Of a stretch of DNA of 64,000 nucleotides, positions 21,952 to 30,903 are shown piece by piece (positions within the stretch are counted from its first letter, which is position 1; each line of letters opens with the position of its first letter). The notes under the pieces are model-generated. The model was given only the letters and a program-made list of their open reading frames with translations. It had not been told where the DNA came from and did not search any database. The DNA lies in contig CANKXJ010000001.1 of NCBI GenBank assembly GCA_947487595.1, positions 1,689 through 65,688 on the forward strand, written 5' to 3'. The DNA is from Actinomycetota bacterium (GTDB lineage: Bacteria; Actinomycetota; Actinomycetes; Nanopelagicales; Nanopelagicaceae). Position numbers and translations under genes: made by a program.

Positions 21952-22853
21952 TATCGCAAGGCGATTCGCGCGATAGTCATACGACTATTCCAGGAAGACC
22001 TGATTTAATTCGCCTTGGTATTGGAATAATGGGAATTGGAACATCAGGACCTCTGATTGCAATGAGTGCAATGCCAATTCCGACATTGATTTTTTGGAGA
22101 AATCTTGGTGGTTCACTATTAACACTTCCTTTTGCTCTCAAATATCCGAGAGATCGCGTAGGTATTAAGTGGTCCATTCTGGCTGGCTTTATATTAGCCA
22201 TTCACTTTGTGGGATTCTTTCTAGCGATGCGCTGGACAAGTGTTGCTGCAGGTACGGCACTTGTTGCCTTGCAACCAATCTTTGCCGCATTGTTTGTAAA
22301 ACTCAGCGGCGGGCATATTCCTTCTAAAGCCTGGCTTGGAATGATTGTTAGCTTTTCAGGCGTACTTTTGATATCAGGCATTGATTTACAGATTTCTCTT
22401 CGTGCATTTCTAGGTGATGTCGCCGCACTTTTCTCGGCAGCACTTGCTGCTCTTTACATGATGGCTGGATCACGTGCACAGCGCACAGTTGAAACAACTG
22501 TGTACACAACCGTCTGTTATTTCGTTTGCGCCATGACGGCATTACCAATGGCGTTGCTAATGGGTTTTCCGATATTTAATTTCTCTGGGCGTGAATGGTG
22601 GATCCTTTTAGGTCTTGTTGTTGGCGCACAGATTCTTGGTCATACTATGTTTAATACAGCTCTCAAACGTGTATCACCAGCAATTGTTTCTCTCATTATC
22701 TTTTTCGAAGTACCCGTTAGCTCACTGCTTGCTTTTTGGTGGCTTGGACAAAAACCACCACTTGGTATTTTGCCTGGAATTGCATTGATTTTAATTGGAT
22801 GTGTGTTAGTTGTTACTCGATCAAGACCTGGGGCAGTGGAGCTGGCTCCATGA
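21948..22853 (+). CDS. DMT/EamA-family transporter
   Basis: About 10 hydrophobic helices in two EamA-like repeats. Confidence 0.85.
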   Translation: MISQGDSRDSHTTIPGRPDLIRLGIGIMGIGTSGPLIAMSAMPIPTLIFWRNLGGSLLTLPFALKYPRDRVGIKWSILAGFILAIHFVGFFLAMRWTSVAAGTALVALQPIFAALFVKLSGGHIPSKAWLGMIVSFSGVLLISGIDLQISLRAFLGDVAALFSAALAALYMMAGSRAQRTVETTVYTTVCYFVCAMTALPMALLMGFPIFNFSGREWWILLGLVVGAQILGHTMFNTALKRVSPAIVSLIIFFEVPVSSLLAFWWLGQKPPLGILPGIALILIGCVLVVTRSRPGAVELAP

Positions 22854-23695
22854 TCGATTTACATACACACACCAATAAAAGCGATGGCACAGATACTCCA
22901 CGCGAACTTGTAAATAAAGCGATTGTTCAAGGTTTAACAGTTCTGGGAATAACTGATCATGACACAACCTCTAGTTGGCAAGAGGCAACTGAGAGCTTGC
23001 GTGGCAATCTGACGTTAGCACTTGGTAGTGAAATATCCTGCTTAACTGAAGATGGAATAAGTGTGCACATGTTGGGCCTTCTCTTTGACGGTGGACATAA
23101 GCACATGCAAGTGATGCTTGAAGAAACGCGTGACGGACGAATGCCTCGGATGCGCAAGATGGTTGAGAAGATGCAGGCAGCAGGCATTGATATTTCAATG
23201 GCAGATGTTGAAGCCGCACGCCCTGATGGCGCCACACTTGGTCGCCCACATTTAGCTGATGCCTTGGTTAACAAAGGTGTCATATCTACACGCGATGAAG
23301 CATTTCAAGGCATGCTCAATAATGATTCCCAGTTTTATGTCTCACATGCGGCCCCGACTCCGGCCCAAGCAATTGCAATGATTCGAAGCGCAGGAGGAGT
23401 TGCAGTCATTGCTCATCCTTTTGCATCACATCGCGGCCAGATACTTAAAGCAAGTGATTTTCAAGAGCTAGTACATGCTGGCTTAAATGGAATTGAAGTG
23501 GATCATAGGGATCAAAATCCAGAAGAAAGAGCGATGTTGCGCTCGATTGCCACAGAGTTGGATTTAGTGATAACTGGCTCCAGCGACTATCACGGAAGCG
23601 GTAAACTGAATTTACTAGCAGAGTTTCAAACCAGCCCAGGGCAATGGGAAAAACTTGAATCACTTGCCGATAAACGAAGGGTGGTAGGAGCATGA
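22850..23695 (+). CDS. PHP-domain phosphoesterase (TrpH/YciV-like)
   Basis: IDLHTHT..SDG, ITDHDT, GRPHLA, AHP, GSSDYHG; start ATG 22850. Confidence 0.92.
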   Translation: MIDLHTHTNKSDGTDTPRELVNKAIVQGLTVLGITDHDTTSSWQEATESLRGNLTLALGSEISCLTEDGISVHMLGLLFDGGHKHMQVMLEETRDGRMPRMRKMVEKMQAAGIDISMADVEAARPDGATLGRPHLADALVNKGVISTRDEAFQGMLNNDSQFYVSHAAPTPAQAIAMIRSAGGVAVIAHPFASHRGQILKASDFQELVHAGLNGIEVDHRDQNPEERAMLRSIATELDLVITGSSDYHGSGKLNLLAEFQTSPGQWEKLESLADKRRVVGA

Positions 23696-24303
23696 AAGTT
23701 AGCGCTTTAACCTTTGCCATCCAATCATTTGTGACTCTCTTTGTGATTATGGATCCACCTGGTGCTACGCCAATATTCTTAGCTTTAGTTGCTGACAAAT
23801 CGGCCAAAGAGCGCAGAATTCTCGCAATAAAAGCGGCTTCAGTCTCACTCCTTGTGATTTCAATATTTGCACTATTCGGTCGCTTTATTTTGAGTTACCT
23901 CAATGTCTCAATTGCCGCGATGCAAGCGGCGGGTGCTTTATTGCTTTTGCTCATTTCATTAGATCTTCTCACTGGGGGCAAGGGAAGTGGTCGTGGTGAG
24001 CCAAAAGATGCCAACATCGCGCTCGTTCCGCTAGGAACACCTTTGCTAGCAGGACCTGGTGCAATCGTTGCAACAATGATTTTCGTTCAGCAAATTGATG
24101 GCCCAAGCATGGCGATGGGTTTAATTTGTGCAGTATTCGCCGTTCACGTTGCTATCGCTGCAGTGCTGATGGCATCAACAACGATTATGAAGGTCATTAA
24201 GGAAGCTGGCGTGACATTAGTAGCGCGTATCGCTGGTTTATTGCTTGCCGCGATCGCAGTTCAGATGCTGGTAAATGCAATACGCGTTTTTGTTACAACT
24301 TAA
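23692..24303 (+). CDS. MarC-family membrane protein
   Basis: LFVIMDPPG, VPLGTPLLAGPGAI, RIAGLLLAAIAVQ. Confidence 0.92.
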   Translation: MKVSALTFAIQSFVTLFVIMDPPGATPIFLALVADKSAKERRILAIKAASVSLLVISIFALFGRFILSYLNVSIAAMQAAGALLLLLISLDLLTGGKGSGRGEPKDANIALVPLGTPLLAGPGAIVATMIFVQQIDGPSMAMGLICAVFAVHVAIAAVLMASTTIMKVIKEAGVTLVARIAGLLLAAIAVQMLVNAIRVFVTT

Positions 24304-24308
24304 CTCTC

Positions 24309-25631
24309 TTAAAACTTCTTTGTCCGTGTGCGATTTCGCTCAACTTTTGGCTTTGATTCAGCCTTCTTCTCAACGCGCTTTTCTGGCGCAGCCTTTTGTG
24401 CAACTGGTTTACTTTTAGTCAGTCGGCCTGTGGAGCCTGCTGGAATATCTAGAACTTCATACAGGTGCGGGGAAGAGGAATATGTCTCTTCTGGTTCGGC
24501 CAATCCAAGATCAAGGGTTTGATTAATCATCTTCCATCTAGCTAATTCATCCCAGTCAACGAATGTGACTGCAATTCCATGTGCACCGGCACGTGCTGTT
24601 CGACCAATGCGGTGCACATAAGTTTTTTCATCCTCTGGGCACTGATAATTAATTACATGTGTAATTCCATCGATATCGATTCCTCGAGCCGCAACATCTG
24701 TTGCAACGAGAACATCTGACTTACCTGCTTTGAAATCACCTAACGCTTTTTCACGCGCGCTCTGTCCGAGATCTCCATGGATAGGTGCGGCTCTAAAGCC
24801 GCGCTCCATAAGATCCTCAGCTGTCTTTTGGCAGGTGCGCTTGGTGCGGCAAAAGACCATGGTTGGTCCACGGCCCTCGGCCTGCAAAATACGAGCCAGC
24901 ATTTCAATTTTATCCATGGCATGAGCACGTAATACATGCTGCTTAATGCGAGTAACAACTGCGCCTTCATCTTCTGAGTCCTGAGTGCGAATATGAATTG
25001 GTTGATTCATAAAGCGACGGGCAAGAGCGATGATGTCGCCAGGCATAGTTGCTGAGAACAACATGGTTTGCATGCGATTAGGAGTATTTGCCAAGATCTT
25101 TTCAACATCAGGCAAGAAACCAAGATCTAACATCTCATCTGCTTCATCTAAAACTAGGCGTGATACTTGCTTTAAACGCAGCTGACCTTGGCGTGAGAGA
25201 TCAAGAAGTCGCCCTGGTGTTCCAACAACGATTTCAATGCCAGCTTGTAGCGCTTCGATCTGTGGTTCAAATGCTCGCCCACCATAAACTGCTAGCGTTC
25301 TAATTCCACGGTTACTTGCTAGCTCTTCAATATCTTTAGTTACCTGCGTACACAGTTCGCGGGTTGGAACGACGATAAGAACCTGTGGCATTCCTTTATG
25401 TTCAAAGCCTGCCCACTCTGGATCATTGGGTGCAATTACACGTTCGATAACAGGAACGCCAAAGGCCAGAGTCTTTCCAGTTCCTGTTTTAGCTTGGCCA
25501 ATAACATCACCATCACTCAGTGCGATAGGTAATACCATTTCTTGAATAGCAAATGGGGCGATGAAGCCATGGGCATGAAGGGCCTCAATGGTTTCGGGAC
25601 GTAGTGGGAGCTCTGCGAAAGTTTTCGACAC
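24309..25631 (-). CDS. DEAD-box RNA helicase (Rv3211-like)
   Basis: AKTGTGKT, PTREL, TPGR, DEAD, SAT, ARGID, HRIGRTAR. Confidence 0.95.
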   Translation of the reverse strand: MSKTFAELPLRPETIEALHAHGFIAPFAIQEMVLPIALSDGDVIGQAKTGTGKTLAFGVPVIERVIAPNDPEWAGFEHKGMPQVLIVVPTRELCTQVTKDIEELASNRGIRTLAVYGGRAFEPQIEALQAGIEIVVGTPGRLLDLSRQGQLRLKQVSRLVLDEADEMLDLGFLPDVEKILANTPNRMQTMLFSATMPGDIIALARRFMNQPIHIRTQDSEDEGAVVTRIKQHVLRAHAMDKIEMLARILQAEGRGPTMVFCRTKRTCQKTAEDLMERGFRAAPIHGDLGQSAREKALGDFKAGKSDVLVATDVAARGIDIDGITHVINYQCPEDEKTYVHRIGRTARAGAHGIAVTFVDWDELARWKMINQTLDLGLAEPEETYSSSPHLYEVLDIPAGSTGRLTKSKPVAQKAAPEKRVEKKAESKPKVERNRTRTKKF

Positions 25632-25632
25632 G

Positions 25633-25671
25633 TTAAACGGCGCCAGAAATTTGTTTATTAGTGGTGCTCAT
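25633..25671 (-). CDS. Putative leaderless uORF MSTTNKQISGAV upstream of the DEAD-box helicase
   Basis: ATG 25671 lies 7 nt after TAGGAT (25684-25679); TAA ends 1 nt before the helicase GTG. Confidence 0.45.
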   Translation of the reverse strand: MSTTNKQISGAV

Positions 25672-25690
25672 AGTTCTAATCCTATCGGAA

Positions 25691-26302
25691 TTAATTGCGC
25701 GGGAATCCCGAAATTCCTCGCCACATGAGGTTGTTGACCAACTCAACTGCCTGTTCACGGGTTAATGTGCTGTCTCGGTCTAACCAATGGCGTGCTGTTA
25801 CTTGGGCATATCCAATCATTCCAACACCTAAGAGCATTGAAGCTTCTTTTGGAAGACCTGTATCAATTGAAATTACGGCACTAGCAGCAGCCGCGCAGTC
25901 ATATGTCATTCGATTAAGGCGCTCACGCACAGATGGCTCAACACTCATGTCACTTTCAAAAAGTAATCTAAAAGCTTCACCCTCTTTTTCAATAAAGCCA
26001 AAATATGCATCAACTGTGGCATGCACTCGGTTGGCGTTATCAGGAGTTGAAGCGATTGCTCTTTGAATTTCAAAAACTAATGAGTCAATATGTAAATCAA
26101 GAACTGCAAGATAGAGCTCTAACTTGGATGGGAAATGCTGATACAAAACTGGCTTGCTGACATTTGCGCGATCTGCGATTTCATCCATTGCAGCAGAGTG
26201 ATAGCCAGCGGCAGTGAAAACCTCAAGGGCCGCTGAGAGCAAAAGTGCGCGACGCTCGTCACGAGGCAATCGTGGCTTATTTGATGTATCAATTGTGCTC
26301 AT
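25691..26302 (-). CDS. TetR-family regulator (Rv3208-like)
   Basis: RLPRDERR..LL..A..VF...GYH.AAMDEIA..A.VSKPVLYQHFPSK. Confidence 0.92.
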   Translation of the reverse strand: MSTIDTSNKPRLPRDERRALLLSAALEVFTAAGYHSAAMDEIADRANVSKPVLYQHFPSKLELYLAVLDLHIDSLVFEIQRAIASTPDNANRVHATVDAYFGFIEKEGEAFRLLFESDMSVEPSVRERLNRMTYDCAAAASAVISIDTGLPKEASMLLGVGMIGYAQVTARHWLDRDSTLTREQAVELVNNLMWRGISGFPRN

Positions 26303-26384
26303 TGGCGTAATCGTAGAGGCAGTAGAGGTGATTGCGCTAATAGCTGTAGCAGCGCATGCGTGAATACGGCAGAATTAACTTCCT

Positions 26385-26696
26385 ATGAAAACTCCCGCGC
26401 CTGAAATCTCAGTTGGAGATCTAAAGAGCAAGTTCGCCGCCGATGAGGACTTTCTTCTCATTGATGTGAGAGAACCTGAAGAATTTGCACAATCTCGAAT
26501 CCCGGGTTCAGTATTGATACCAGTAGCTGGATTTGTTGATGCTTCTGCATTCAAACTGCTCCCACGCGATAAGGAGATTATTCTTCACTGTCACTCTGGA
26601 ATAAGATCAGCAACCTGCTTGGCTCTTATTCAAAAAGCGGGCTTCACAAATTCGCGACATTTAGAGGGAGGAATAGTTGCATGGGAGAAGTTATGA
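26385..26696 (+). CDS. Single-domain rhodanese
   Basis: IDVREPEE, IPGS, HCHSGIRS, LEGGIVAW. Confidence 0.9.
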   Translation: MKTPAPEISVGDLKSKFAADEDFLLIDVREPEEFAQSRIPGSVLIPVAGFVDASAFKLLPRDKEIILHCHSGIRSATCLALIQKAGFTNSRHLEGGIVAWEKL

Positions 26697-27547
26697 AAAG
26701 TTCTTATCAGGGCTATCGAATTCTCCTTGTGCATGCACATCCCGACGATGAAACCATCAATAACGGCGCGACTATGGCCCTATATGCATCACTGGGGGCC
26801 ACAGTTACTTTAGTTACCTGTACACGCGGAGAAGAAGGAGAAGTTTTAGTCCCTTCTCTTTCTTACTTAGCAAGTAGTGAAAAAGATGAATTAGGAAAGC
26901 ACCGTGAAGTGGAATTAGCTCTTGCAATGAAAGCATTGGGTATTTCAGATTTCAGGTTTCTAGGCCACTACCGAGATAGTGGAATGATGGGAACTGAATC
27001 AAATAACCGGCCTGATGTTTTCTGGCAAGCAGATTTAGATTCAGCTGCAGGCGAGCTTGTTAAAATAATTGAAGAAGTAAAACCTCATGTTTTGATTACT
27101 TATGATGAAATCGGCGGATATGGTCACCCTGATCATATTCAAGCTCATCGAGTTGCTATGCGGGCAAGTGAATTAGCAACGTGGCAAATTCAAAAGATTT
27201 ATTGGAACACAGTCCCTAAATCAGTTATTGCTCAGGGAATGGAGGCTATGAAAGAGATCGGCTCTGATTTCTTTGGTGCTGAAAGTGTTGATGATTTACC
27301 ATTTGCGAAAGATGATTCATTTGTCACAACTCTCATTGATGGAAATGATTTTGTAGATGCCAAAATGGCAGCTATGAAAGCCCATGAAACACAGATTGCA
27401 TTAGATGGGCCATTTTTCGCCCTCTCTAACAACTTGGGTTTACAAGTCTGGGGACATGAGTACTACACCCTGATTAAGGGGCAAAAGAGTGAGCCTTTTG
27501 ATGAACAAGGCCGTGAGAACGATTTAACCTCTGGAGTGATTCTGTAA
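26693..27547 (+). CDS. mshB: GlcNAc-Ins deacetylase (mycothiol biosynthesis)
   Basis: VHAHPDDE, TCTRGEEGE, YRDSGM, GGYGHPDH, HETQI, FFALSN. Confidence 0.93.
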   Translation: MKSSYQGYRILLVHAHPDDETINNGATMALYASLGATVTLVTCTRGEEGEVLVPSLSYLASSEKDELGKHREVELALAMKALGISDFRFLGHYRDSGMMGTESNNRPDVFWQADLDSAAGELVKIIEEVKPHVLITYDEIGGYGHPDHIQAHRVAMRASELATWQIQKIYWNTVPKSVIAQGMEAMKEIGSDFFGAESVDDLPFAKDDSFVTTLIDGNDFVDAKMAAMKAHETQIALDGPFFALSNNLGLQVWGHEYYTLIKGQKSEPFDEQGRENDLTSGVIL

Positions 27548-27858
27548 TGCGCAAAATCTATGCAATTGTTATTGGCGCTGGCCTTGGCGCTGGCTCAGTA
27601 TTTTTGCATTCATCTCTAGTCCCATTTGGTTTGATTTTTGTTTTACTCTCAACTTTGGTTGGCATTTGGAGTATTGGTCGGATGTGGGGTGGGAGAACTC
27701 TAAAAATATTGGCAGCAGTTGCGTGGACTTTTGTAGTGTTGCGTGCAGGCTTTCCAGGCATAAATGAAGAGTATTTAATTGAAGGTACTGCTGTTGGAAT
27801 TTCACTGATCAATATGGGATTTTTAGCTTTGGTAATTGCAATCTTGCTTCCTGCTTAA
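27547..27858 (+). CDS. Small membrane protein (DUF6113-like) downstream of mshB
   Basis: Four hydrophobic segments; conserved position after mshB. Confidence 0.6.
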   Translation: MRKIYAIVIGAGLGAGSVFLHSSLVPFGLIFVLLSTLVGIWSIGRMWGGRTLKILAAVAWTFVVLRAGFPGINEEYLIEGTAVGISLINMGFLALVIAILLPA

Positions 27859-29213
27859 CGCCAGTTTGCGGTTTGGCCTTCAGGTCCATCCATAATTTCA
27901 AGTCCACTTTCTTCTAACTTAATTCTTAACTCATCACTTTTATCCCATTGCTTTTCATTTCTTGCGCTTTGGCGAAGTTTAAGAATCTGCTCTTGTTCTG
28001 GAGTTAAAGCTTTGATTATTTCTTCCCGCTCAAGATCAAGACCGAAAATTTGATCCGCAAAAAGAAATAGCGCTGCACGATTACTGAGGTCGTCATTTTT
28101 TTCTATGCTGCGCAGATATTGAATGGCTTTTGGAGTGTCTAAATCATTATCGAGAATTTCTAAGAGCTCAGGATCTTTGGTAGCAACTTGAGTTCCCCAT
28201 GTTTTAACTTTTTTGCGCCAACGTTTAAGAGTTGCATCGGCTGCTTCTATCGAGGCCCATGTTAAATCCATCTGGGCTCTGTAGCGATTTTCTAGAAAAC
28301 ACAATCTCACGGAAAGGGGATCAAAACCCCGATCAATAACATCTTTAAGGAGGACAACGTTTCTGGCACTTTTAGACATCTTGCGACCTTCAAAAAGCAG
28401 ATGCTCGCCATGAAGCCACAGATCCACGCTCTCATTTCCAGTAATTGCATTTGACTGAGCTCGCTCATTCTCATGATGTGGAAAGCGCAGATCTATTCCA
28501 CCGACGTGAAGATTTATATGTGAATTCAAGAAGTGAAGTGACATTGCTGAGCATTCAATATGCCAACCAGGAAAACCAGGTCCCCATGGTGAATCCCAAA
28601 TCATTTCACTTCGTGTGCCAGCGTTTTTCCAGAGCGCCCAGTCTGCATGAAAACGTTTTGCACCATCTTCACTGTATTCATAGCGATGACCAGGCTTGAG
28701 CGCATCTAAGCGGTTACCACTTATCGCGCCGTAACTTGGAAATGCTTGGGCAGAAAAATAGACCGTGCCATCCTCACCCACATATGCAAATTCCTTAGAG
28801 ATGAGTTCCTCAATCATGGCAAGCATTAACTCAATTGATGCGCTAGCTCTTGGATAAGCATCTGCCTTTTCAATATTCAGGCGTGCTAAGTCCGTGTGAA
28901 AACCTGCCTCATATTTTCGTGCCACGGTAAAGGGATCTATGGATTCAGCTTTTGCCTGAGCAAGCATCTTGTCTTCATTCTCAATATCTTCAGACATGTG
29001 ACCAACATCAGTAATATTTTGAATAAGTTTCACATCAACGCCATGTGCCATCAGCACTCTTCGCACCAGATCTGAAAGCAGGAATGTTCTTAAATTTCCC
29101 ACATGTGCATCACGATAAACCGTTGGCCCACAGCAATACATTGTTGTTGTGCCATTAGTTGAGGTAACTGGCTGAAGCTTTCGAGAAGCAGTGTCATAGA
29201 GTCGAAGGCTCAC
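27855..29213 (-). CDS. cysS: Cysteine--tRNA ligase
   Basis: CGPTVY, HVGN (HIGH), GWHIECS, FPHHENE, KMSKS, C-terminal anticodon-binding helix (R..AR..K.W..SD..R). Confidence 0.9.
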   Translation of the reverse strand: MSLRLYDTASRKLQPVTSTNGTTTMYCCGPTVYRDAHVGNLRTFLLSDLVRRVLMAHGVDVKLIQNITDVGHMSEDIENEDKMLAQAKAESIDPFTVARKYEAGFHTDLARLNIEKADAYPRASASIELMLAMIEELISKEFAYVGEDGTVYFSAQAFPSYGAISGNRLDALKPGHRYEYSEDGAKRFHADWALWKNAGTRSEMIWDSPWGPGFPGWHIECSAMSLHFLNSHINLHVGGIDLRFPHHENERAQSNAITGNESVDLWLHGEHLLFEGRKMSKSARNVVLLKDVIDRGFDPLSVRLCFLENRYRAQMDLTWASIEAADATLKRWRKKVKTWGTQVATKDPELLEILDNDLDTPKAIQYLRSIEKNDDLSNRAALFLFADQIFGLDLEREEIIKALTPEQEQILKLRQSARNEKQWDKSDELRIKLEESGLEIMDGPEGQTANWR

Positions 29214-29410
29214 TTTATTTCAACCACTTCTTTCCATAATGCAATCTCATCGTAAGAGAATTCAATAAGTTTTCCATGGCGATTGCGAAGTGTGATGGGG
29301 GACTCTAGGTGACCCACGATGTCGCGGAATCCACCCTCGGGCTCGTGTAAGCGGATGGTGACGCGCTTTCCTATGAGGGCGCTAAATGTGGCCTCTAGAC
29401 CCTGATTCAT
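29210..29410 (-). CDS. Hypothetical 66-aa protein, SH3-like; resembles the N-terminal domain of actinobacterial GNAT acetyltransferases
   Basis: IGKRVTIRL..P.GGFRDIVGHL; TATCGT -10 6 nt upstream; 4-nt overlap with cysS. Confidence 0.6.
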   Translation of the reverse strand: MNQGLEATFSALIGKRVTIRLHEPEGGFRDIVGHLESPITLRNRHGKLIEFSYDEIALWKEVVEIK

Positions 29411-29508
29411 GGCTCAACGATAATCCTTAACTTCAAATATCGCGCTAGGAGTGCCTATACGATTACAATCTGGGTGTTGATAACTAATATTTCTTACGGA
29501 GGCTAGTC

Positions 29509-29829
29509 GTGACTTATGTGATCGCCCAACCATGTATCGATGTGAAAGATAAATCCTGCATCGCTGAATGTCCTGTGGACTGCATCTATGAAGGCGATCG
29601 CATGCTCTATATCCAAGCCGATGAATGCGTTGACTGCGGTGCGTGTGAGCCTGTGTGTCCAGTTGAGGCTATTTACTATGAAGATGATGTCCCACCACAG
29701 TGGAAGCAGTTTGGAAAAGTTAATACTGAATTTTTCGTAGAAATCGGTTCACCAGGTGGAGCCAGCAAAGTCGGAGCAACTGGCACCGACCATGAACTTG
29801 TAAAAGCTCTTCCCCCTAAGAGCGAGTAA
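29509..29829 (+). CDS. fdxA: 7Fe ferredoxin
   Basis: TYVIAQPC.D.KD..C..ECPVDCIYEG, CVDCGACEPVCPVEAI; SD GGAGG. Confidence 0.96.
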   Translation: MTYVIAQPCIDVKDKSCIAECPVDCIYEGDRMLYIQADECVDCGACEPVCPVEAIYYEDDVPPQWKQFGKVNTEFFVEIGSPGGASKVGATGTDHELVKALPPKSE

Positions 29830-29835
29830 GTTTTC

Positions 29836-30900
29836 TTGCGCTCTTCACTCCCAGATTTCCCCTGGGACGCTCTTGCCCCCTATGGAGATAAGGCTCGTGC
29901 GCACCCTGGTGGGATTATTGATCTCTCAGTTGGAACCCCTGTAGATCCCACACCTGAATTTATTCAAGCTGCATTACGTGAGGCCTCTAATTCACCGGGC
30001 TATCCAGTAACTGCTGGAACAGCGCAATTACGTGCAGCCATTACAGCTTGGGCAAAATCTAGATTAGGTGCAACCGGTGATTTTGATGTTTTGCCAGTCA
30101 TTGGCTCTAAAGAGTTAGTTGCATGGCTACCAACAATTTTAGAATCTAAAAAGGTGCTCATTCCAGAGATTGCTTATCCCACCTATCACGTGGGTGCATT
30201 GATCGCAGAGGCACAGTCAATTCCTGTTCCTATCAGTGCACAAAGCTGGCCTAACGCTGATTTAGCTTGGCTGAATTCACCATCAAATCCAACTGGGCGA
30301 GTCCATAGCGTTGAAGAATTAAAGGAATGCATTGCATGGTCACGAGCAAACGATGCAGTTTTGATTTCAGATGAGTGTTATTTGGAGTTTGAGCACCACG
30401 CCATACCAACATCTGTCTTGGCCTTAACCGAAGGCAATAACAAGAATATTTTGGCGCTTCATTCATTATCTAAGCGCTCTTCAATGGCTGGATACCGTGC
30501 AGCATTTCTTGTGGGTGATTCTTCGTTAATTGCAAAGATTCGTGAACTCAGAAAGCATGCAGGCATGATGGTTTCACTACCTGTGCAAAAAGCAATGACC
30601 GTTGCACTCGGAGATGATTCACATGTTGCCGAGCAACGTGGGCGATATAACGCACGACGTGATGCTCTGCATCCAGCACTTGAAGCCTGCGGGTTTCGAA
30701 TTGAATTTAGCAGCGCTGGTCTCTACATCTGGTGTACACGAGATGAAGATGCATGGGCAAGTGTTGATTGGTTAGCCGAGCGTGGAATCCTGGCAACCCC
30801 AGGCAGCTTTTATGGTGAAAAAGGTAAGAACCATATTCGCATCGCAATGACTGTGACTGATGCAGCCATAAAAGATGCAGTTAACCGCTTAAAGGCTTAG
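29836..30900 (+). CDS. dapC: Succinyldiaminopimelate transaminase
   Basis: LPDFPWD, DLSVGTPVDP, NSPSNPTG, SDECY, SLSKRS.MAGYR; follows fdxA. Confidence 0.92.
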   Translation: MRSSLPDFPWDALAPYGDKARAHPGGIIDLSVGTPVDPTPEFIQAALREASNSPGYPVTAGTAQLRAAITAWAKSRLGATGDFDVLPVIGSKELVAWLPTILESKKVLIPEIAYPTYHVGALIAEAQSIPVPISAQSWPNADLAWLNSPSNPTGRVHSVEELKECIAWSRANDAVLISDECYLEFEHHAIPTSVLALTEGNNKNILALHSLSKRSSMAGYRAAFLVGDSSLIAKIRELRKHAGMMVSLPVQKAMTVALGDDSHVAEQRGRYNARRDALHPALEACGFRIEFSSAGLYIWCTRDEDAWASVDWLAERGILATPGSFYGEKGKNHIRIAMTVTDAAIKDAVNRLKA

Positions 30901-30903
30901 CTG

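Noticed and set aside
27855-29213. mshC (next to mshB)
   Set aside because: It has CGPTVY rather than the MshC CGITPY, and keeps the C-terminal anticodon-binding region of CysRS
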